From Eledone cirrhosa (lineage: Eukaryota): a stretch of 64,000 nt of DNA. Under the pieces are notes generated by a model, which was given only the letters and a program-made list of their open reading frames with translations, did no database searches and was not told the origin of the DNA. The stretch spans positions 27,032,001 through 27,096,000 of the forward strand of contig OZ024741.1 of assembly GCA_964016885.1 (NCBI GenBank). Reading direction: 5' to 3'. Of this stretch, positions 24,060 to 34,971 are shown in pieces. Within the stretch, counting starts at the first letter, position 1; the number at the start of each line of letters is the position of its first letter. Position numbers and translations under genes: made by a program.

Positions 24060-27000
24060 CATGCTGTAAAATGGAGGGGTAGAGAGGGCCATTGAGTCTA
24101 GTAAGACATCCTCTCTAGTGCTGGTGGCACAAATAAAAGCACCCAGTCCATGCTGTAAAGTGGCGCTGGTGTTAGGAAGGGCATCCAACCAGTGTATCAA
24201 TGCCAAAACGCTTATCAGCACAGCAACAAATAGGAACAACAACAAAATATGAAGACGTCGCATCTCAGAATTGCAACACTTAATGTTGGCACTCTCAGAG
24301 GTAGATCTGCTGAAATAGCGGAGATGCTGGAGAGAAGGCATGTGGATGTGTGCTGCGTGCAAGAGGTGAGATGGAGAGGTGCCTCTGTGAGACTAGTCGT
24401 AGGCAAACGTCTTAGCTATAAGCTATTCTGGGTAGGTAAGGATGATGGGTTAGGGGGAGTAGGCATTTTCCTGGCTGAGAAATGGATCAATAAGACAATA
24501 GAGGTAATTCGAGTTAGTAATCGAATAATTAAGCTTAGATTAGTTGTAGGCAGGAGACTACTGACAATCATCTCGGCCTATGCTCCCCAAGCAGGCCTAG
24601 GCAAAGATGAGAAAGACAGCTTTTACGAGCAACTTTTACAAACAACCGCAAAGACAGAGGACGGAGACATCGTTATGCTAGCAGGAGACTTCAATGGTCA
24701 TGTTGGACAGCTCCAGGATGGTTACACTGGGGTACATGGTGGGCACGGTTATGGCTCAAGAAATGAAGGAGTGAGACTTCTTGAATTGTGTGATGCAGGT
24801 ACATTGACTATTTGTAACACAAACTTCCAGAAACCTGCCAATCACCTAATAACCTACAAATCTGGTGAGCACATAAGCCAGATTGACTTCTTACTAGTTA
24901 GGCAGCGGGACAGGCAGATAGTGTCTAATACCAAGGCATACCCTGGGGAAGAATGTACCCCTCAGCATAGGTTAGTCGTTAGTGATATCTCAGTAAGCAA
25001 GAGATGGAATGAGACATACAGGAAGGTGTGGAGAAGAAAGGTCTGGAAGCTAAAAGACCTTTCACTAAAATACAAATTTAAGAAAGCCCTTCAAGATGTA
25101 TATGACGAAAAAGAAGTCGATTTAGAGACATGACATAGATAATAACTGGAATTTCTTACGTGACAACTTGCTGCAGGCTACTGATGAAAATTGTGGCTGG
25201 AGCAGAGCTCCAACCAGACAGAGAGTGACCTGGTGGTGGAGCAGCACAGTAGATAGGGCCATTAGAGACAAAAGACTAGCATGGAAGGCTTGGAAAAAGG
25301 GTGGGAGTAGGGAAGAATATACAGCCACTAAGGTTTGCCAATGTTCTGCGACGGGAAGATCAGAGGCGTGCGGTGTTCCACATTGCAAGGCAGTGTGTCA
25401 ATGCAAATCAGGATGTTGTTGGAGATAAATGTGTCCGGGATGATGCCGGTGTACTTAGTGTCACGAATGATCAGAAAAAGGAGGCCTGGAAATCTCATTA
25501 TGAGAGACTGATGAATGTGGAGAACGAATGGGAGAGAGAGAAATTACCCTTAGTAGATCCGACAGAGGGACCAGCTATTGAGATTGACGAATATAGGGTC
25601 CAAGAGGCGATTGGGGAAATGAAAAATGGTAAGGCTGCTGGACCATCGGGAATAGTTGCTGAGATGCTGAAGGCATCAGAGGACGTAGGCACTAAACTGG
25701 TTGCACGCATCATCAATCAGGCTATATATGGTGGTGTCATACCCAAAGACTGGTGCAGCAGTATTCTCATAAATTGCTACAAAGGTAAAGGGGATGCTCT
25801 GGAGAGGAGCAATTATAGGGGTATAAAACTGATGGATCAGGTTATGAAAGTGGCAGAAAGGATATTAGCACAACTAATTAGAGAAAGGGTCAAACTAGAT
25901 GAGATGCAGTTTGGTTTTGTGCCTGGGAAGAGTACAACAGATGCCCTCTTCTTGGTGAGACAATTTCAACAGAGGTTCTTAGAGAAAAATAAGCCACTAT
26001 ACTTAGCCTTTGTTGACCTAGAGAAGGCCTTTGATAGGGTACCCCGATCTGTCATCTAGTGGTCCCTAAGGAAACTAGGTGTTGAGGAATGGCTTGTGAG
26101 GATAGTGCAAACTTTGTACAGAGGTACTCTCGGTAAAGTCAGGGTAGGAATGGAGTTTAGTGAGGAATTCCAGATACAAGTAGGAGTACATCAAGGTTCG
26201 GTCCTCAGCCCGCTCTTGTTCATTATAGTCCTCCCTAGCCATAACAGAGGAGTTTAAGACTGGCTGTCCATGGGAACTTCTCTATGCTGACGATCTGGTT
26301 CTTATAGCAGAATCAGTAGAGGAGCTAGAGAATAAATTCTGGCTATGGAAACAGCAGTTGGAAGCAAGAGGACTGAGAGTGAATCTAGCTAAGACAAAAG
26401 TGTTGATGAGTAGAAAAGAGGACAAAACCCTGATTCCGCCAGGGAAATGGCCATGTTCGATATGCAGAAAAGGAACTGGCATAAATTCTATAAAATGCAC
26501 ACAATGCAGATCCTGGGTACACAAGAGATGTAGTGGGATAGCAGGCAAACTAACAGGTAGGGAGAAATATGTATGCAGTAGATGTACAGGGAAATTAGAC
26601 AGTAGAAGTCACATTGATAGACACATTTTTCAGATGCAGGAGGGCGCTATAGAAGTGGTGGATAGCTTCCGGTACCTAGGAGATCAGATTAGCATGGGAG
26701 GAGGGTGTTCCGAGGCCATAGTATCTAGAATAAGGACGGGTTGGAAGAAGTTTAGGGAGCTGCTTCCTCTGTTGACGAAGAAGGGCTTCTCCCTGCGTAC
26801 GAAAGGCCGGTTGTATGATGCCTGTGTGCGGAGCGAGATGCTGCATGGTAGTGAGACATGGGCAGCAACTGCAGAGGATATGGGACGGCTGGAGAGAAAT
26901 AAGGCAAGCATGCTCCGTTGGATGTGTAGTGTAAATGTGCGTGAACGACCCAGCATAAATATGTTGAGAGAGAAACTGTGTCTGAGAGGGATAGAATGTA

Positions 27001-27285
27001 GTGTACGGGAGAGGAGACTGAGGTGGTATGGACATGTGATGCGCATGGAGGATGACCGATGGGTGAAGAAGTGCCAGGAAATGCCAGTTGAAGGAAGACG
27101 TGGTAGAGGTAGACCACGAAAAACATGGGCGGAGGTGGTGAGAACAGACCTCAGATCATTGAAGCTCACGGTGGAGATGACGAAGGACCGTGACGAGTGG
27201 AGAGATGCTGTGCTGAATAAGACCCGTCCCACCCTTGCAAGCAGGGAAAAGCGGACGTAAAATGATGATGATGATGATGATGATA
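24060..27285 (+). mobile_element. Near-full-length RTE-clade LINE, family A (APE endonuclease + reverse transcriptase + Cys-rich finger), inactivated
   Basis: 5'UTR then a single pol ORF with APE motifs (TLNV, VQE, AYAPQ, GDFNGH, QIDF, H) and RT motifs (YRGIKL, QFGF, FVDLEKAFD, GVHQGSVLSP, YADD at 26283-26294); (GAT)n tail. The 5' boundary is approximate. Confidence 0.95.
24249..27260 (+). pseudogene. Disrupted RTE pol ORF (endonuclease-reverse transcriptase)
   Basis: Frameshifts near 25130, 25330 and 26235 and an in-frame TAG at 26057-26059 split the ORF into the 294, 252 and 300 aa pieces in the track. Confidence 0.92.
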
Positions 27286-27411
27286 TATATATATACACAC
27301 ATTTATATATATATATATGTGTATGTAAAAGGTAAACAGAAATAACAACACAATCGGTACAGTATATGGAAGGGATATATTAGGTTAATGCTTGATACAG
27401 CAGGAAGAGGG

Positions 27412-27447
27412 TCTTAACGTTTTGGATGCTAGTCCTTCATCAGAAGA
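27412..27447 (-). ncRNA. Decayed minimal hammerhead motif
   Basis: Reverse complement TCTT-CTGATGA-AGGACTAGCATCC-AAAA-CG-TT-AAGA; GAAA has become AAAA, consistent with CpG decay. Confidence 0.5.
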
Positions 27448-28167
27448 AAGAATGAGAAATAATATAGATTGAGGGGACGGGCGGGTTGTAACTGGAATAT
27501 ATATATGTATGTATCTGTATATGGTGATGATGATGATGGGTATTGAAGACATATGTACCATCTCACACCTTTATTGTAGTCAGTAAAGGGAACCTATATG
27601 TGACCACTCAGCTGGCTAGAAATAACAGCAAAATCTGTATCAAATCACAACCTACCATCATAAAAAGGGAAGATTGTGCAATATATGTAAATAGAAAATG
27701 GAGTGGTCATGGTTGGAATGTTGTTCTCAAAAGCTGACTACCATTAACAACAACATCAACAATATTTTGCTTAAATTGAGGTGGAGTGTTGTAGAGTGGA
27801 AGGTAAACATAACAGTCTATATTGATGAGAGATCAATATCTTTGTTTGTGTATGTGTGTGTTTATGTGTATGTGTGCATCTGTGTGTGTATGCAACTGCT
27901 TTTATGTGTGCATCTGTGAGTGTGTGTGTGCAATTCCGTGTGTGTGTATGTATGTATGCATGTGTGTGTGCAACTGTGTTTATGTGTATATTGCATATGT
28001 GTATGTGTGTCTATATATGCTTGTGTGTGTGTGTGCGCATGTGACTGTATATATATGCTTGTGTGTCTGTATATATATGTGTGTACCTGTGTATGTGTAT
28101 GAAGTAGGAGTGAAATAATAACTCCTTACTAACAGGAATGTTATGTTTTCAACCTCCTCACTCACCC

Positions 28168-28490
28168 ACCACCATACCATCCCTGCTAACACCACCACCA
28201 TACCATCCCTGCTAACACCACCACCATACCATCCCTGCTAACACCGTCACCACACCATCCCGGCCAGCACCATACCACCATACCATCCCTGTTAACACCA
28301 CCACAACCATACCACCCCTGTTCACACCACCATACCACCCCTGATAACACCACCACCACACACCCATACCACCCCGCCACTAACACCACCACAACCATAC
28401 CACCCCTGTTCACACCATCATACCATCCCTGCTAACACCACCGATACCACCACCACCACCACATTATTGCCACCATACTACCACTATAAC
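28168..28490. repeat. Degenerate 23-32-bp minisatellite (ACCATACCAYCCCTGYTAACACC core)
   Basis: Core repeated about 9 times with variable (ACC)n spacers. Confidence 0.8.
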
Positions 28491-28682
28491 ACCCTCCCCC
28501 AGTACCCACTTTGGGTTGACAATATATACATATAAACAATATAACCAAAGATTAACATGGTTCATTGATTACTCAATGAATATAGTTTTACAATAGATTA
28601 AAAGCACTCTACAAAAAGGTTTTCTGGAGTTATTATTATTCAGAATAATAATAAATGAAGACATTCACATAATCAAAATATG

Positions 28683-28744
28683 TTTTATTATATATATTTC
28701 GAAGGTACTGTGCTGTTTTTTCAGTACGTCCTCTTCAGATAAAA
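28683..28744 (-). ncRNA. Hammerhead ribozyme in the Penelope pLTR
   Basis: Reverse complement TTTTAT-CTGAAGA-GGACGTACTG..CAGTACCTTC-GAAA-TATATA-TA-ATAAAA. Confidence 0.8.
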
Positions 28745-29484
28745 TACATGAATTGATGTATGACATACCTCAACTGTCTTCATCGTTCAATTCCAGTATT
28801 GGCAGTGATTTATTACAATAAATCTCAACATTTATATACCACAAATAATAACATGATAAACTTAAATATGATGAAGAAGAGGATGTGGAGCGAGATATGG
28901 GTATATGGAGGGGGTGAATAAGGGGAAAAGCAAGAAGAAAATAAATAAACACATACATACATAGATATTTAAATGAGTAAATAGAAGTATTAGGGAATAG
29001 ATATATAAAAGGGAAAAGGAAGAGAGAGAGAAGAAGAAAGAAGAAATAACGACAAAAAAGAAAGAAAGAAATGAGGTGGATAGGTATAAAGACCGTTGTT
29101 TTCAAATATTAAGTCAAATTGAGGCAACCAATTAAATAACATGAAATTTTTTATATCTTTTGTATTTGGTTATGTTTAAGCTAATTATACTTATATATTA
29201 TATCAAAATTAAACAATATAAAAATATTTTCTATAACCATCAGATATATAGTTTAATTAAGTAATATATTCATTAAATATTTTGTTACAATATTTAAAAA
29301 CATTTTTATCTTTAAAGCATATTTAAATAATTATCTGTTAGAACACGAAAAGTGTGAAACAACAGAATGTTCACTTTTCGTGTTCTAACATATATGCCTA
29401 GCTTCTTCATAAATTTTTCGGGGATAGCCGTGGTGGTGGTGATCGTATGTCATTGGCTAATTTTCAACCAATCAGAGTAAGTGT

Positions 29485-29530
<46 letters not shown>

Positions 29531-29974
29531 TATTCCCCCTCTCTCTCTATATATCTTACGCTTTCGCTTTACACTCCTCCCCTTCAATAACACATTTCCC
29601 CCTCTCTATATATCTCTTCCACTGTTACTTACGCCTGTTTCTCTCTATCTGTTCCGTCTCTATATATATATATCTCTTACTCTTTCGCTTTGCACTCCTC
29701 CCCTTCAATACCATCTCTCCCTCTCTCTATATATTTGTTACTCTATCGCTGCACGCTCCTCTCCTTCAATATATCAATTACACACGCTTTACACTCCTTT
29801 ATCCCCAGCGCCCCTATATATACACCCCCCTCCCGCATCTATATTTTAATGTTCCGTTGCACCGTGAATATATGTGTCTATATATATATACATATATATT
29901 GTATATACACATTCATGTATGTGTATACACACTCATGTATGTATATACACTGGTTTTATGTGTGTATTGTAAAT

Positions 29975-30087
29975 TTGTACTGTTAAAACACGAAACTAAC
30001 ATTCGATTGACACTTTGATTACCTGTACAGGCAATAGTTATTAGAATGCTGTTGAAGTGTGTATATATTTTTGGGGGACATCCTGTA
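29975..30087 (-). mobile_element. Single Tc1/mariner-like terminus
   Basis: Reverse complement TA-CAGGATGTCCCCCAAAAATATATACACACT resembles TACAGGGTGTCCCAAAA mariner ends; no partner end found. Confidence 0.4.
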
Positions 30088-31646
30088 TATACACACATTA
30101 TATATAATACAATAAACAGATAAATACACACATATATATATGAGCTTATTTAATTATAAATATTGTGAATTTTTAACTCAGTTCAATTATATATATAAAT
30201 GGCTTCTACAGGACTAGAACTGTTTCATTCGAAAGAAATTATCATAATATTGAGAGGGGGGACTAGATAAAATATTTCAAATCAAATGTGTATAAGTTAT
30301 AAGTTAAAATGTATAAATAGAGACGATAGTGGAGGTATATCTGTTTAGTGGAACAGTAGACGATAGAATTAAATACAGACGAGAATCTCCCTTTAATGAA
30401 ACAGCAGACGATAGAATTAAGGCAATTTAAATTTTAAACATTTGCATTTTTGCCTTTCATCGTTACGGGGTCGATAAAATAAAGTACCAGTAATACACTG
30501 TCACTATAAGTAGACGACTTTCAAATTGAATTGTTGGTTCCATTAACTAAGTGAAATAGCGTAAAAATAAAGGCTTCGTTGGTTTAAGCTATTTTTATAA
30601 AGGATGCCACAGAATGTACGATATATAATGATTACAATATTTTTTAGCAACAACTCTAGTCCCACACTTTTGAAGGTTTATTATAACATTCTGTGGCACT
30701 TTTGAGCTTGCGCATTTTTCATGTCTAGTTAAATATGTATAAAGATATTTATTAAAACATATGCATATATCACCATCAGTATATATATTTTATATTATAT
30801 TAAGATCATTTATTATCTGAATTATTCTATTTTCTTTATAAAATCATTTCAATTCATTACAGGATTAATTTGTAGTTATATTTATTCTCAAAAGTTTTAT
30901 TATTTCTAATTTACTTCCATAATTATTTATTATATATAGTTTCCCTTTAAGGATTACCATATATGATTAAACTCTATAAATCATGTTAAATATACTTTAG
31001 CAAGCTATTCGGACAGAATAAAATTATTTACGAAGAATGTAAACAAAGGAAGATAATTCGTTCATCATATGTGAACATTTAAAACATTTAAGTATTTTGA
31101 AACCTAAAGATATTTCAAACCACAAATCAATAAATTTCTAGTTAAACAATGACCTTTCTAAATCCAAACATAGGATACTGAGACACTTTATGAGATTAAT
31201 TTACTATATAAAAACGACAAACAATTTTTACCGGTAAGGCAAAACGTTACATATATAATTTTTTAAGAATTATTAATAGTCAATATTTTTTCGAAATTTG
31301 TATAATGCTTGAAAAGTTCTTCCAGACTTATGTTGACAGCTGCTAAATAACTCATTTTTCTTATTAATTAAATTACCATAATTTGTAATTATCAATAGAG
31401 TCTCTAAATTGCAAAGATTGCAATTTGTTGAAATGGATGCATTTCGGTAGGAATCAGAATTTTTTAACTTACTCCAAGAAATTGAGTATTTGATATTTTT
31501 TCCTTCAAAGACCATATTAATTGCGGGAGTGATGTAGAAAACTTTTTTATCTGGATTAGAAAAAGAATGTTTATGATTGTAAAAACAAAACTTAAACTTA
31601 GATGAAGTGGCACCAATGTAGTTATATGTATTATTATTATTAGTCT

Positions 31647-31760
31647 GTGGATTGGCAGTATCGGTAGAGGGTCGGACGCCATGCTTTGCAGCAAAGAGTT
31701 ACGGTCCTTTATGGTCTGAGTTCAAATCCCGCCGAGGTTAACTTTGCCTTTCAATAAACA
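31647..31760 (+). mobile_element. S1 SINE (internally deleted) inserted in Penelope element 1
   Basis: A and B boxes present; flanked by the 11-bp duplication ATTATTAGTCT (31636-31646, 31761-31771); empty site visible in element 2. Confidence 0.9.
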
Positions 31761-31893
31761 ATTATTAGTCTTAATGGTACATTTATACACTAGATTCTTG
31801 TCAAGGCAGTTATTTTGTGAAGGGCATTCAGATTTCCTTCTACAGTTACGATTCATCTCGATGTTATTTCTATAACCTAAACTATTTGAATTA

Positions 31894-32008
31894 TTACGGC
31901 CATATCACGCTGAAAACACCGGTTCTCGTCCGATCACCGAAGTTAAGCAACCTCGAGTCTAGTTAGTACTTAGATGGGTGACGCTTGGGAACCCTAGGTG
32001 CCGTAAGC
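31894..32008 (+). rRNA. 5S rRNA: 5S rRNA copy, probably a retroposed pseudogene
   Basis: TTACGGCCATATCACGCTGAAAACACCGGTTCTCGTCCGATCACCGAAGTTAAGCAAC...TAGTACTTAGATGGGTGACGCTTGGGAA...GCCGTAAGC. Helix I ends pair; first 2 nt are missing, there is an apparent 1-nt deletion near box C, and no T-run terminator follows. Confidence 0.93.
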
Positions 32009-32029
32009 AAAGAAGAAAAAGAAAGGGCG

Positions 32030-32166
32030 GTGGAGTGGCAGTATGGTCTGAGTTCAAATCCCGCCGAGGTTAACTTTGCCTTTCATCCTTACGGGGTCGA
32101 TAAAATAAAGTACCAGTAATGCACTGGATAATTGCTGGCCTGGTGCCAAAAGTAGAAACAATTATT
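32030..32166 (+). mobile_element. S1 SINE with a deletion between the A and B boxes, fused downstream of the 5S copy
   Basis: GTGGAGTGGCAGTAT joined directly to GGTCTGAGTTCAAATCC (TAT microhomology), followed by a complete body and tail. Confidence 0.88.
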
Positions 32167-32700
32167 ACTATTATTTAGAGGTGTTCTACTATTATTCGTA
32201 TTTAAATTGTTATTATTGTTATTCCAGTTGCCTCAGTTTGACTTAATATTTGAAAACAACGGTCTTTATACCTACCCACCTCATTTCTTTCTTTCTTTTT
32301 TGTCGTTATTTCTTCTCTCTCTCTTCCATTTTCTTTTTATATATTTATTCCCTAATACTTCTATTTACTCATTTAAATATTTATGTATGTGTTTATTTAT
32401 TTTCTTCTTGCTTTTCCCCTTATTCACCCCCTCCATATACCCATATCTCGCTCCACATCCTCTTCTTCTTTAAATTTAAGTTTATCATGTTATTATTTGT
32501 GGTATATAAATGTTGAGATTTGTTGTAATAAATCACTGCCAATACTGGAATTGAACTATGAAGACAGTTGAGGTATGTCATACATCAATTCATGTATTTT
32601 ATCTGAAAAAAAAAACAGCACAGTACCTTAGAAATATATATAATAAAACATATTTTGATTATGTGAATGTCTTCATTTATTATTATTCTGAATAATTATA

Positions 32701-32742
<42 letters not shown>

Positions 32743-32787
32743 CAAAATATTAACAAATGAAGATATTCATATAATCAAAATATATGC

Positions 32788-32849
32788 TTTATTATATATA
32801 TATTTCGAAGGTACTGTGTTGTTTTTTCAGTACGTCCTCGTCAGATAAA
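32788..32849 (-). ncRNA. Hammerhead ribozyme in the Penelope pLTR
   Basis: Reverse complement TTTAT-CTGACGA-GGACGTACTG..CAGTACCTTC-GAAA-TATATATA-TA-ATAAA. Confidence 0.8.
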
Positions 32850-34079
32850 ATATATGATTTTATATATGACATACCTCTACGGTCTTGATAGTTCAATTCC
32901 TGTATTGGCAGTGATTTATTTCATCAAATCTCAACATTTATATGCCACAAATAATAATATGATGAACTTAAAGAAGAAAAGGACGTGGAGCGAATTGGAG
33001 ATATAAGAGAGGGTGTAAAGAGGAGAGGAAGAAAGGCATGAAAAAATAAATAAATACATACATAAATATTTAAATGAATACAAATAAATAAATGAATGGA
33101 TGAAGAGAGGAAGAAATATATAAAAAAGAAAAAAAGAAGAAATAATGACAAAAGAAAGGGAATATGTTTGGAAAGTAAAAGGAAGGGGAGAGTAAATAAA
33201 AATACAGGAGCATCAAATATAGGGGGATAGACAGAAAAAACCGTTGTTTTCAAATATTAGGTCAATTGAGGCAACCAATCAATTACCATAAACCATTTTA
33301 TTTGATTATGCTTAAGTTAATTATACTTATATATTATATCAAAATTAATCAATATACATTACTTTTTATAGCCGTTACATATTTAGTTTAATTAAAAATT
33401 TATATAATTTAATTTAACTCAATTACAGATTATAATTTTTGGTTTAAGTAATATATTCCTTAAGTATTTTGTTACAACTTTTAAAAAGAAATTTATCTTT
33501 AAAGCATATTTAAATAATTATTAAACGTATTAAAATATATATTAAAATACATGCATATATCACCATCAATATATATAATATATCAAGATCATTTTTTATC
33601 CGAATTATTTAATTTAATTAGGATATTCTCTTTATAAAATCCTTTCTATTCTTTAATTATCATTTAATTACAGGATTAAATTGCAGTTATATTTATTCTC
33701 AAAAGTTTTATTTCGTTAATTTATATTTACTTCTGTAATTATATATTATTATAGTTTCCTTTTAAAGATATTCTTATATTACATGATTCATGTCAAATAT
33801 AATTTAGCAAGCTATTCAAACAGAATAAAAATATTTACGAAGAATGTAAACAAAAGGAAGATAACTCATTCACCATATGTGAACATTTAAACCATGTATC
33901 TACTCTGAAATTTAGTGATATTTCAAAACCATAAATCAACAATTGTCTAGTTAAAAATATTGAACTGTCCTAATCAAAACATAGGATACAGAGACTCTTA
34001 ATGAAATTATTCTAATAGATAAAACATCAATAAATTATTACCCCAGTAAGGCAAAAATTATATATAAATTTTTAAAATT

Positions 34080-34745
34080 ATTAATTGTCAATATTTTTTC
34101 GAAACTTGTACAATGCCTGGAATTTTTTACCGATTTTATTTTGGCAGCTGCTGAACAATTCATTTTTCTTGTTAATTAAATTGTCATAATTTGTAATTAT
34201 CAATAGAGTCTCAAGATTGCAAAGATTGCAATTTAGCGAAATGGATGCGTTCCGATAGGAATTGGCATTCTTTAACCGAGTCCAAGAGATGGAGTATTTA
34301 ATATTCTTGTACTTTAAAGACCATATTAATTGTCAGAGTGAGGTTGAAAAGTTTTTATCTGGTTTAGAAAAAGAATGTTTATGATTGTACCAACGATCCT
34401 TAAATTTAGATGAAGTGGCACCAATGTAGTTATATATATTATTATTTGTTTTAATGGTACATTTATATACTAGATTCTTGTCAAGGCAGTTATTTTGTAA
34501 GGGACATTCTGACTTCCTTCTACAGTTACATTTCTTTTCAGTGTTATTTCTATGCCCTAAACTATTCATATTATTATTATTATTTAAAGGTGTTCTACTA
34601 TTATTCGTATTTAAACTATTATTAGTGTTATTCCCATTAACTAATGTATTATTATTATTGTTATTATCGCTATTTATATGTTGGTTCAAATTAAGATTTT
34701 TACTATTTATTTTTGCTATATTTTGAGCAATATTCATAGTTGTTG
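34080..34745 (-). pseudogene. Truncated Penelope GIY-YIG endonuclease reading frame
   Basis: ORF 34333-34737 continues in frame past a single TGA into QLIWSLKYKNIKYSISW...CNLCNLETLLI...; the RT part is absent. Confidence 0.85.
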
Positions 34746-34809
34746 TGTGCTTTTAACCTATTGTAAAACTGTATTCATTGAGTAATCAATGAACCATATT
34801 AATCTTTGG

Positions 34810-34857
<48 letters not shown>

Positions 34858-34885
34858 TTAAAAAATAAGTAACTAAACTCCATAC

Positions 34886-34955
34886 TCCAATCAATATTAC
34901 AGTGTTGTGGTTCAATAATATTTCTAGTCTGAAGTAGGCTTAATCTGATTAGAAA
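34886..34955 (-). CDS. Weak candidate exon (FLIRLSLLQTRNIIEPQHCNIDWx)
   Basis: CAG acceptor, 70-bp open frame (phase 0-1), GTATGG donor; poor pyrimidine tract. Confidence 0.2.
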
Positions 34956-34971
34956 CTGACCACATCAACAG

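Larger units (their letters stand above)
28540..32697 (-). mobile_element. Penelope-like element 1: truncated GIY-YIG end plus pLTR, interrupted by insertions, with an inverted pLTR at its 5' end
   Basis: 28632-29333, 30745-31890 and 32169-32223 are collinear with element 2; ...CNLCNLE...NKKNELFSSC C-terminus; 32226-32697 is an inverted copy of 28640-29128. Confidence 0.85.
32736..34815 (-). mobile_element. Penelope-like element 2: GIY-YIG endonuclease end plus pLTR
   Basis: CNCRRKSECPLQNNCL...LVYKCTI...YIGATS.KFKDRWYNHK.SF...CNLCNLE...NKKNEL motifs; AT-rich pLTR containing a hammerhead. Confidence 0.9.
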
